Shown: positions 17,480 through 25,952, numbered from the stretch's first letter. The stretch is 40,000 nucleotides of DNA from Candidatus Peregrinibacteria bacterium RIFOXYA2_FULL_41_18 (GCA_001788795.1 MFXH01000010.1:9328-49327), one strand, 5' to 3'. A program made the numbers and translations. Notes: generated from the letters alone by a model not told the origin.

Positions 17480-18640
17480 ATGCGTAAAAAATATTTCGTC
17501 ATTCAGTTGGTACTATTATCGTTTGTTATTGGCGCTTTTGGCTGTGCCGAAGAGACACAACAGGATCAAGTTGTTGTTCCTGACGTACTTGATGTTTCCG
17601 AACAACTTCCCGTACCGGAACTGACGAGTCTCGCATCCTATGAATTTCAGGACTCAACTCATCGACCCGAAATTTTATTTTATGAAAATAAACTTTATGT
17701 GCTTGTTGTTGATCACGATTTTCAACAAGATATTAGTATTAAACATCAGGGATATATTTATGACGTTTCCGATCCTCTGAGTATTGATTTCGACAACCCC
17801 GATGTGAATTTTGTCATTTCAAAAGAAACTGACGAATATGGAAGTCCTTCCGATCATCGCGTGGCAATCGTAAACGATGAGTTATGGGTTGTTTTTCAAT
17901 CATCTATAGTCGATGAGGCGAAGAGAGAGGAATGTGTGGGTGGACCTCTCGAACCTTGCGTAGAAAGCCAGCATTTGATGTTTACGAGATTCACTCTCGA
18001 TGGAGAAGAAATTTTGACTACGGAAATCGCCAGCACTACGGAATTCCCAGAAGATAATTATCCAGACATGTCCGTTGTTGCCAACGGAGATACGCTGCTT
18101 GTCAGTACAGGTACATCCGATCTGGGATTGAAAATAAGGGAAGTTGATTTGGATGGGGAGATTTTGAACACTTACGAATATCAAACTTCTACCGATGGAA
18201 TCCCCGGTAGCATCGGGAACAGTTTGTTCCGTGGAGAAGATGGTAATTTGCTTGTGTTTAGTGGCACTATGAATCAGACGAGTGTCACCGTTCTTGATGA
18301 GAATTTTGAAGCTGGGAATGCCTTGTTATTTGATCTTCCCGACGATGAAAATACTTTTCAGACCGGAGTTGATTATAAAGATGGTTATTATTATGTCGGA
18401 TACAGTGCTCGAGAAAAAGGTGATATCGCAATTGAAACAAATCCCCTCTCGCCTCGCATGATTATACTTAATCAGGATTTAGAAGTCGTGAAAACGATTT
18501 CGATTTCAGAAGAGGCCGGACATGGACACGTTCATCCTTCAATCGTCTTTGTGGAAGATTATTTATTCTACGCGTGGAGCAAGTCCGAGAACGGAAAACC
18601 TCAGGTGATTATAGAGATTTTTGAGGACGCAAACTCCTAA
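17480..18640 (+). CDS. Lipoprotein, hypothetical (probable beta-rich fold)
   Basis: Signal peptide with GAFGC, 386 aa, no recognised family. Its 3' end overlaps ilvC by 32 nt in convergent orientation. Confidence 0.6.
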   Translation: MRKKYFVIQLVLLSFVIGAFGCAEETQQDQVVVPDVLDVSEQLPVPELTSLASYEFQDSTHRPEILFYENKLYVLVVDHDFQQDISIKHQGYIYDVSDPLSIDFDNPDVNFVISKETDEYGSPSDHRVAIVNDELWVVFQSSIVDEAKREECVGGPLEPCVESQHLMFTRFTLDGEEILTTEIASTTEFPEDNYPDMSVVANGDTLLVSTGTSDLGLKIREVDLDGEILNTYEYQTSTDGIPGSIGNSLFRGEDGNLLVFSGTMNQTSVTVLDENFEAGNALLFDLPDDENTFQTGVDYKDGYYYVGYSAREKGDIAIETNPLSPRMIILNQDLEVVKTISISEEAGHGHVHPSIVFVEDYLFYAWSKSENGKPQVIIEIFEDANS

Positions 18641-19658
18641 CCGTCTTGCCGGCTTGCCACATCTCGGAGTCGCCAATTTCTTTCAGCTCTTTTTCAAGTT
18701 TCGCTCTATAGTCAGGCGCGCTATTTGCCTTGAGCACTATTTCGGTTTCGTGTCCGCTTGCTACGCTATCATATAGACGCGTGAAGACCGGTTCGACAGC
18801 TTTTCTGAATTCATGTCGCCAATCCAGAGCGCCTCTTTGGGCTGTTGTGGAGCAGTTTGCGAACATCCACTCCATGCCGTTTTGATCGATAAGCGGAATA
18901 AGGCTTCTTGTAGCCTCTTCCACTGTTTCGTTGAACGCTTCGCTCGGCGTGTGTCCGCGTTTGCGAAGTTCCGCATATTGCGCCTCCATAATACCGGCGA
19001 TAGCACCCATAAGAACTCCCCTTTCTCCGGTCAGGTCGCTGTAAACTTCCTTCTGAAAAGTTGTCTCGAACATAAATCCCGAACCTATGCCCATGCCTAG
19101 CGCGAGTGTGCGTTCTTTCGCTCGACCTGTTGCATCTTGAAAAACCGCGAAACTCGCATTAACACCTTTCCCTTCGAGAAATAATTTCCTGACAAAAGCT
19201 CCCGGACCTTTTGGCGCAACCATTATTACATCTATTCCTTCCGGTGGGATAACGCCTGTCTGTTCCTTATAAACGATTGAGAAGCCGTGTGAAAAATAAA
19301 GTGCTTTCCCTTTTGTAAGATATTTTTTTATTGTTGGCCAAAGTTCTTTTTGACCTGCGTCCGAAAGGAGATAACAGAGTATCGTACCTTTTTCGCAAGC
19401 TTCTTCTATCGGAAAAAGCGTCTTGCCTTCGATCCAGCCGTCTTTTACGGCTTTGTCCCATGAATCGCCACCTTCTCTCTGACCGATTATTACATTAAAT
19501 CCATTGTCTCTTAGATTTAGTGCTTGACCCGGACCTTGTACTCCGTAGCCGATCACTGCGATAGTTTCATCTTTTAGAGTTTCGAGTGCTTTTTCCATTG
19601 GGAACTCTTCGCGCGTGACAACAGGTTCGATAGTGCCGCCGAAATTCATTTGAGGCAT
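18609..19658 (-). CDS. ilvC: Ketol-acid reductoisomerase (class I)
   Basis: 349 aa with a GYGxQGxxxALNLRDxG Rossmann motif and a conserved C-terminal knotted domain. Confidence 0.95.
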   Translation of the reverse strand: MPQMNFGGTIEPVVTREEFPMEKALETLKDETIAVIGYGVQGPGQALNLRDNGFNVIIGQREGGDSWDKAVKDGWIEGKTLFPIEEACEKGTILCYLLSDAGQKELWPTIKKYLTKGKALYFSHGFSIVYKEQTGVIPPEGIDVIMVAPKGPGAFVRKLFLEGKGVNASFAVFQDATGRAKERTLALGMGIGSGFMFETTFQKEVYSDLTGERGVLMGAIAGIMEAQYAELRKRGHTPSEAFNETVEEATRSLIPLIDQNGMEWMFANCSTTAQRGALDWRHEFRKAVEPVFTRLYDSVASGHETEIVLKANSAPDYRAKLEKELKEIGDSEMWQAGKTVRSLRPQKSL

Positions 19659-19713
19659 GGGGGATAGATTAAAGGTTAGAGATAATAGATTAGAGATGGC
19701 GCAAATGAGCGTT

Positions 19714-20091
19714 TCACTTCCTTTGCGCTGTTGCTTCGATTTCGACTTTTACATCTTTTGGCAGGCGTGCGACTTGGACAGTGGCGCGTGCAGGAGGGTT
19801 CGACACGAAATAAGAACCGTAGATTTCGTTCACCGCCGCAAAATCGTTCATGTCAGCCAAAAAAATTGTCGTCTTAACGACATTCTCAAGAGTTGTTCCG
19901 GCAGCTTCCAGTACAGCTTTCAGATTTTCTAGAACCTGTGTCGTTTGAGCCTTGATATCGCCCTGTTCTAGCTCGCCGGTTGGTTTGAGAGGTATTTGAC
20001 CGGAACAGAAAACGAATCCGTTAACTGAGACTGCTTGTGAGTATGGCCCGATGGCTTTTGGAGCTTTGTCTGTTGAGATGATTTGTTTCAT
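19714..20091 (-). CDS. ridA: RidA/YjgF-family reactive enamine/imine deaminase
   Basis: 125 aa with [12 protein letters not shown]...GQIP...[19 protein letters not shown]. Its ATG overlaps the ilvN stop (ATGA). Confidence 0.9.
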   Translation of the reverse strand: MKQIISTDKAPKAIGPYSQAVSVNGFVFCSGQIPLKPTGELEQGDIKAQTTQVLENLKAVLEAAGTTLENVVKTTIFLADMNDFAAVNEIYGSYFVSNPPARATVQVARLPKDVKVEIEATAQRK

Positions 20092-20540
20092 AATGGAAGT
20101 GTTGTTATTCCGCTTCGTGAAATTTCAATGAGTCCGAGCGGTTTGGATTTTTCTATAAATAAGTCTACTTCATCCGGCGTGCCGATGAAACCTACAATTA
20201 TTTCGTCATTTGCCTTGTAAAGCTCTTTGCAGCGCGGAAGCTTGTCGAGCATACCTTCTTTAGATCTGAATTTTGCCAATAACATTTCGCTCATTATCGA
20301 TTTGTCCCGAGCGATCTCTACAACTTCTACGACCTCTATCAGTCTATCTATTTGCTTGATGATTTTTGCCGTTCTTTCTTCCGTGTCATCAATCGTTATC
20401 GCGAATCGCGACATATTAGGCTCGAGCGTCGGCCCGGCAGTGATGCCGACGATGTTGAAGCGCTTGCGCCTGAGGAGAGAGGTAACTCTATTCAGTACGC
20501 CCGGTTTGTCTTCCGATAATAATAAAATTGTACTTCTCAT
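20088..20540 (-). CDS. ilvN: Acetolactate synthase small (regulatory) subunit
   Basis: 150 aa with an N-terminal ACT domain ([20 protein letters not shown]). It lies 2 nt after ilvB. Confidence 0.88.
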   Translation of the reverse strand: MRSTILLLSEDKPGVLNRVTSLLRRKRFNIVGITAGPTLEPNMSRFAITIDDTEERTAKIIKQIDRLIEVVEVVEIARDKSIMSEMLLAKFRSKEGMLDKLPRCKELYKANDEIIVGFIGTPDEVDLFIEKSKPLGLIEISRSGITTLPL

Positions 20541-20542
20541 AA

Positions 20543-22216
20543 TTATTTTCCGATTAAAGTATCTTTCAGCCCTTTTCCGGGGGCGACCATCGGGAAGACA
20601 TTGTCTTCCGGCTCAACCAAAAATTCGCAAATCACCGTGCCTTTCATATCGCGCGCGGCCTTGATTGTACTTGCAATATCCGAAGGCTTCTCACACCTCA
20701 AATGATTAAGTCCATAAGCTTGCGCTATAAGTGAAAAATCCGGACTTGTTATAGGCGTACCTTCGTAATTTTTATCATAAAATAATTCCTGCCATTGTCT
20801 GACCATTCCCAAAAATCCATTATTCATTATCGCGATTTTGATCTCGAGACCTTCTTGAACTATCGTCATCAATTCCTGAATATTCATCTGTATTCCACCG
20901 TCTCCGTTGATAAGCCAAATCTCTTCATTGGGACGCGCGAATCTTGCGCCTATGGCGGCAGGCAAACCGAAACCCATAGAGCCGAGTCCGCCCGAAGTAA
21001 GAAATTTATTCGACTCATCTTGCGGATAATACTGCGCTGTCCACATTTGATGCTGGCCGACATCCGTAACTATTATAGATTTTCCTTCTGTTATTTTGTG
21101 AAGTTCGGTTAGCATTTTCGGAACGGTAATTCTGTGCGTGTCTTTTGTCGAGAGCGGATAAGTGCGAGTCCAGCCTTCTATTTCCCCCACCCAGTCGTGG
21201 TGTTTTTTCTCCGGCAAAACCTCCAAGATTTGTTTGAGTACATCTTTTATATTTCCTACAACCGGCAGATAAGGCTTAACATTTTTCCCGATTTCCGCCG
21301 GATCTATGTCGATGTGGATTATCTTTGCGTTTTTTGCAAAAGTATCGAGACTCCCTGTTATTCTGTCATCGAAACGAGTACCGATTCCTATCACGAGATC
21401 GGCATTGTGAACCGCGAAATTCGCATAAGCCATTCCGTGCATACCGAGCATCCCATAAGAGAGTTCGTGACTTTCAGGGAAAGCGCCTTTACCCAATATC
21501 GTATGAACGACTGGGATATGACTTCTGACAGCCAATTCCCGCAACTCCTTCTCTGCGCGTGAAATGATCGCGCCATGTCCGCAGATGATTACCGGTTTCT
21601 GAGAGTTTTTTATTAAATTTACGACCTCTGTAACTGTCTTATCGTCTGTACCTGCTGGAATTTTGAAACCCGGAAGGTTAATTTTTTCAGAATAATTAAA
21701 TGAGTCCACCTGTTGCTTAAATACATTTGTCGGAATATCTATGTGGACCGGACCTGGACGACCATTTTTCGCTATATAAAAAGCCTCTTTCATAACTTGC
21801 GGAATATCGCGAGCGTCTTCTACGAAATAATTATGCTTGGTTATCGGAAGAGTTATCCCCAGAATATCCACCTCTTGAAAAGCGTCCGAACCGATCATAT
21901 CACCTCTCACCTGCCCAGTTATCGCAACCATCGGGATCGAATCCATATAGGCATCGGCTATACCTGTAACAAGATTTGTCGCACCCGGACCGGAAGTCGC
22001 AAGACAAACTCCAACCTTGCCACTCGCGCGAGCATATCCATCTGCAGCGAAAGCCGCGCCTTGCTCGTGTCTTACGAGAACATGATGAAGAGTCTTGTAA
22101 TCAGAAAAAGCATCGAAAAAAGGTATTACAGTTCCACCCGGATATCCGAACATGACGGATGTGCCTTCTGCAAGAAGGCTTTCGAGAACTATATGTGCGC
22201 CTGTGAGGGTAGTCAT
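20543..22216 (-). CDS. ilvB: Acetolactate synthase large subunit (ThDP-dependent)
   Basis: 557 aa with the ThDP motif GDGGIQMNIQEL...NN and an N-terminal GYPGG pyrimidine-binding domain. Confidence 0.95.
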   Translation of the reverse strand: MTTLTGAHIVLESLLAEGTSVMFGYPGGTVIPFFDAFSDYKTLHHVLVRHEQGAAFAADGYARASGKVGVCLATSGPGATNLVTGIADAYMDSIPMVAITGQVRGDMIGSDAFQEVDILGITLPITKHNYFVEDARDIPQVMKEAFYIAKNGRPGPVHIDIPTNVFKQQVDSFNYSEKINLPGFKIPAGTDDKTVTEVVNLIKNSQKPVIICGHGAIISRAEKELRELAVRSHIPVVHTILGKGAFPESHELSYGMLGMHGMAYANFAVHNADLVIGIGTRFDDRITGSLDTFAKNAKIIHIDIDPAEIGKNVKPYLPVVGNIKDVLKQILEVLPEKKHHDWVGEIEGWTRTYPLSTKDTHRITVPKMLTELHKITEGKSIIVTDVGQHQMWTAQYYPQDESNKFLTSGGLGSMGFGLPAAIGARFARPNEEIWLINGDGGIQMNIQELMTIVQEGLEIKIAIMNNGFLGMVRQWQELFYDKNYEGTPITSPDFSLIAQAYGLNHLRCEKPSDIASTIKAARDMKGTVICEFLVEPEDNVFPMVAPGKGLKDTLIGK

Positions 22217-22226
22217 AAACTTGTAA

Positions 22227-23930
22227 CTAGTAACTTGTAGTTTTTTGAGATGAGTGATCCTTACGGAAACGTTCCAAGACCGGTGTCGTTTTTCGTCTTG
22301 GAATTTTGATATTTTTTAATCTTTTTTTAATTTCGGTTGCGGTCAATCGTACATTCAATCGACGAGCCGGAATATCTATTTCGATAATATCTCCATCTTT
22401 TATTGCGCCGATTGCTCCACCGTTATAAGCCTCAGGTTCGATATGCGCTATGCAAGGACCCGAAGTCCCACCTGAAAATCTACCATCTGTTATCAATGCA
22501 ACCCGTGTATATCCGGCACCTTTCAGCGCGTCTGTCGGCGTAAGCATTTCCGGCATTCCTGGGGCGCCTGCCGGACCCATGAAACTCAAAACGACTGTGT
22601 CACCCTCGTGAATTTTTTTATTCTTAATCGCCTTAAGAAGAGACTCTTCCGAAGTGAAAACTTTTGCCGGCCCAGTATGCGTCATCATTTCCTCACTTAC
22701 CGCCGTTTGTTTAATGACTGAACTATGCGCAATATTTCCTTTGAGGACAGCAATTCCGCCTTGCCTGAAATAAGGTTTACTGAGCGGTCTTATCACTTCG
22801 GAATCAAGCACTTTTCCAGATGATGCTATCTGTTTTATGGTCTTGCCGTTTATAGTCGGATTATCTTTTATGTAACTGATTATTCTATTCAAAACCGCAG
22901 GAATTCCACCGGCTCTTCCGAGGTCAGCCATCTCGTGATCTCCTGCCGGAATCAAGTGGCAAATGTTTGGTATTTTTTGCGCGATTTTATCAAAAAGATC
23001 TGTCTTTATTTCTATTCCGAGTTCGTGTGCGATTGCCGGAATATGCAAAACCGCATTCGTAGAACCGCCCATAGTCATATCGACCATAATCGCGTTTTCA
23101 AAAGCGGATCGAGTCATTATTTGAGAAGGTTTTATATCTTTTTTTACCAACTCTACAATCTTTCGCCCAGATTCGTAAGCCTGTTTTTTCTTCTCTTCGC
23201 TGATTGCCAAAGTCGTTGCGCAATTCGTAACCGACATGCCGAGAGTTTCTGTTACGCAAGCCATCGTGTTGGCTGTATAAAGTCCGACACAAGAACCAGA
23301 TTTACAATTTGAACATAGCTTCATTTGAGCTTCAGCATCTTCGAGGCGCATTTTCCCCGATGCAACCTGTCCAGCATAAGCGAAACCTTGAATCGGGTGA
23401 ATTTTTTTACCACAGGCCGGAAGCGAAGCGGACGGCCCATTATTATTAGCCTGATCGCGTAAGCGATCTCCTTTCAGCTCATAAGCCTTCATCGGCCCAC
23501 CCGTTAAAATCACTGCAGGCAAATCCAATCGTCCAGCCGCCATAAGCATACCCGGAGTTATCTTGTCGCAATTTGTCACACCAACCCATCCGTCGAGCGA
23601 ATGAGAAAGCATCATGATTTCTATATTGTCCGCAATATGGTCGCGCGAAGGAAGCGATAGACGCATCTCCGCATACATTGCAATTCCATCGCAAACTGCC
23701 GGCACACCCCATTCGAAAGGGACTCCTCCTGCATCGCGTATACCCTTCTTCACTTCTTCCGTAAGAGCGCGAAGATGAATATGCCCGGGGACAATATCGT
23801 TAAACGAGTTGGCGACTCCGATGAAAGGCTTTTTGAAATCGGCATCGCACAGACCGACTGAACGAAGCAATCCTCTATGAGGAAGCGTTGCAGGATTGTT
23901 TTTCAATATGTCGGATTTAAGATGATACAT
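22227..23930 (-). CDS. ilvD: Dihydroxy-acid dehydratase, carrying a roughly 19-20 aa in-frame insertion
   Basis: 567 aa with the IlvD/Edd motifs CDKITPGMLMAA, GGPM, CxxCxSGSC..TANTM and TDGRFSGGT. There are extra residues, DRLRDQANNNGPSASLPAC, between GGPM and the Fe-S cysteine motif. Confidence 0.95.
   Translation of the reverse strand: MYHLKSDILKNNPATLPHRGLLRSVGLCDADFKKPFIGVANSFNDIVPGHIHLRALTEEVKKGIRDAGGVPFEWGVPAVCDGIAMYAEMRLSLPSRDHIADNIEIMMLSHSLDGWVGVTNCDKITPGMLMAAGRLDLPAVILTGGPMKAYELKGDRLRDQANNNGPSASLPACGKKIHPIQGFAYAGQVASGKMRLEDAEAQMKLCSNCKSGSCVGLYTANTMACVTETLGMSVTNCATTLAISEEKKKQAYESGRKIVELVKKDIKPSQIMTRSAFENAIMVDMTMGGSTNAVLHIPAIAHELGIEIKTDLFDKIAQKIPNICHLIPAGDHEMADLGRAGGIPAVLNRIISYIKDNPTINGKTIKQIASSGKVLDSEVIRPLSKPYFRQGGIAVLKGNIAHSSVIKQTAVSEEMMTHTGPAKVFTSEESLLKAIKNKKIHEGDTVVLSFMGPAGAPGMPEMLTPTDALKGAGYTRVALITDGRFSGGTSGPCIAHIEPEAYNGGAIGAIKDGDIIEIDIPARRLNVRLTATEIKKRLKNIKIPRRKTTPVLERFRKDHSSQKTTSY
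23410..23473 (+). repeat. Two-hairpin element, copy B, in frame inside ilvD
   Basis: The first 31 nt match copy A at 30 of 31 positions. Hairpin 2 is GATCGC-gtaa-GCGATC, against GATTGC/GCAATC in copy A. Both copies end in atctcctt. Confidence 0.8.
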
Positions 23931-24014
23931 AATGAGCTGGTTATGGTGTTTTGCTAACGCAAAACGACTTGATAGTATTGCGCAAGTAAGCGATCGCCCG
24001 AGAGGCGACCTTTC

Positions 24015-25865
24015 CTAGCGCTGTTTATAATATAACATATTGTATCCGCGTTCGAACGCTTCTATCGAGGCAACAATAATATCCGGAGAAGTTGCAGAGG
24101 CAATAACCTCCGTTCCGTCTTTTGATTTAACCCCCATCCTCACCTCAACGACGGCGTCAGTACCTTTCGTTTTGATTTCGACGTTGAATGAAGTAAGCCA
24201 ACACTCAAGTTTATCTTTTTTCTGTATAGCTTTTCTTGCAGCCTTGATAATCGCATCCACCGGACCGGCGCCTTCCGCTTCGGTTTTCAAGATCTCACCC
24301 AAATAAGATACGACAACTTTCGCATGAGGTTTCTTGTGGCGAGTAACCGATAGAGCATAATCTTTCACGAAGAAAACTTTTTCCTTGCCCGTGAATTCTT
24401 TCAGCACGTTCTCGACTATATATTGCAAGTCGGCCTTTCTCATTTTGGAGACTTTTTCGTGAAAAAGTTTCACTTCCTTGCATACTTCTTTCAAGTAATC
24501 ATCCGAAAGTACAAAATTAAATTCCGACTTAACTATTTCTTTCACTTTTGCAGGTTGAGGCGTTTTCTCCCACAAGACATTCTCCTTGCCTGCAACCGAT
24601 GAAGCGCGGATTTCGTAAACTTTGTTTTTCAAGTATTTATTTATATCTTCATCAGTAGGCTCCAATACAGGAGGGTCGGGCATGATTTGAGTTGCGGATT
24701 TCGGGTCTTTCAGTCCTACTCCTGTCGCGACACAAACGACTATATCATCCGGCTTTATTATTTTTCTTTTGAGAAGTTTTTTGAGACACGCAACCGGTAA
24801 GGCCGCAGAAGGTTCAACAAATATCGATTCCTTATGAGCCATATCTTTTTCAGCTTCAAGTATCGTTATATCATCGGCCGTTTCTCCGCATCCTTTTGAT
24901 TCTCTAAGCGCATTTAATGCCTTTATGTCATCAAGTGGCTCGCCTATTCCGACCGCAGAAGCGACAGAAGCGGGTTTATCGACGCGCACATATCTTTTTT
25001 TCTTCTCGTCAAAAGCTTTCACGATAGTTGGCACCGATTCCGGCTGTACCCCTATTATACGTGGCAATTTATCTGTAAATCCCATTTCATAAAACTCCTT
25101 AAACCCTTTCCATATCGCCGAAATATTCGTGCCACATCCCATCGGAACTATTACAACATCGGGAACCTTCCAAAATAGTTGTTCCACTATTTCGTAAGCG
25201 CAAGATTTCTGCCCTTCGGCTCTGAAAACATAATCTCCCGCCAAATAAAAATTATGTTTTTTCGCCATTCGTTCACATAATTTACAACAGTCCGCATATG
25301 TACCTCTGATCTGCAATATTCTCGCCCCGTATATAAGGCTCTGCGCAAGTTTGCCGATAGGAGTTCCATCAGGCACAAGCACATAACAAGGCATGTCCGC
25401 TATCGCCGCATAAGCAGAAACCGAAGCCGCCATATTACCCGTCGAAGCGCAACAGACCGCTTTCGCTCCCAACTCTCTGGCTTTTGTAAGTTCCACTAGA
25501 GATCCCCTATCTTTGAATACACCTGTCGGATTTTCACCTTCGTTTTTTATGTAAAGCTTCTTGAGCCCCAGCTCTTTCCCAAGCCTATCGCATTTACGCA
25601 AAGGCGTTCCACCTTCACTAAGCGTAACAAGCAAGTTGAGATTTTTGAGAGGGTAAAATTCAAGATATTTCCGTGCTGAAACCGGTGCATTTCGGAGCGA
25701 ATAAAAGTTCAAGTGCGATTTCATATATTCGTAATCGTACTCGACATCAAGAGCGCCATTGCATTTCGGACATACTGTCGCAGACACCTCTTCTGTCGTA
25801 TATGCGCCACAATTGACGCACTTGAGACGATAACAGCTTGGATTTTCGCATTTTGTTTTTTTCAT
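24015..25865 (-). CDS. Threonine-synthase-like PLP enzyme fused to a C-terminal LeuA-type allosteric (LeuA_dimer-like) domain
   Basis: N-terminal Zn ribbon (CxxC...CPKC), then the ThrC motifs NPTGVFKDRGS, ASTGNMAASVSAYAA and GCGTNISAIWKGFKEF. Residues ~496-612 carry GAGPVDAIIKA...GTDAVVEVRMGV...SPDIIVASIEAFERGYN, which matches the regulatory domain of isopropylmalate and citramalate synthases. Confidence 0.85.
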   Translation of the reverse strand: MKKTKCENPSCYRLKCVNCGAYTTEEVSATVCPKCNGALDVEYDYEYMKSHLNFYSLRNAPVSARKYLEFYPLKNLNLLVTLSEGGTPLRKCDRLGKELGLKKLYIKNEGENPTGVFKDRGSLVELTKARELGAKAVCCASTGNMAASVSAYAAIADMPCYVLVPDGTPIGKLAQSLIYGARILQIRGTYADCCKLCERMAKKHNFYLAGDYVFRAEGQKSCAYEIVEQLFWKVPDVVIVPMGCGTNISAIWKGFKEFYEMGFTDKLPRIIGVQPESVPTIVKAFDEKKKRYVRVDKPASVASAVGIGEPLDDIKALNALRESKGCGETADDITILEAEKDMAHKESIFVEPSAALPVACLKKLLKRKIIKPDDIVVCVATGVGLKDPKSATQIMPDPPVLEPTDEDINKYLKNKVYEIRASSVAGKENVLWEKTPQPAKVKEIVKSEFNFVLSDDYLKEVCKEVKLFHEKVSKMRKADLQYIVENVLKEFTGKEKVFFVKDYALSVTRHKKPHAKVVVSYLGEILKTEAEGAGPVDAIIKAARKAIQKKDKLECWLTSFNVEIKTKGTDAVVEVRMGVKSKDGTEVIASATSPDIIVASIEAFERGYNMLYYKQR

Positions 25866-25891
25866 AAATTATTAATTTAATTGTTGATGAT

Positions 25892-25923
25892 AAAAAAAAT
25901 CCCGCTTTCTTCTTAGCGGGCTT
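25892..25923 (-). terminator. Attenuator terminator of the ilv leader
   Basis: The minus strand reads CCCGCT-aagaagaa-AGCGGG followed by A and 8 T. The T-run ends 26 nt before the thrC-like ATG. Confidence 0.75.
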
Positions 25924-25952
25924 ATTATTCTTTGCACGTGAACTCAAGCTCG

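Noticed and set aside
23988-23997. GCGATCGC (HIP1-like) palindrome
   Set aside because: I noticed only a single exact occurrence in the window, so there is no evidence for a highly iterated palindrome system.
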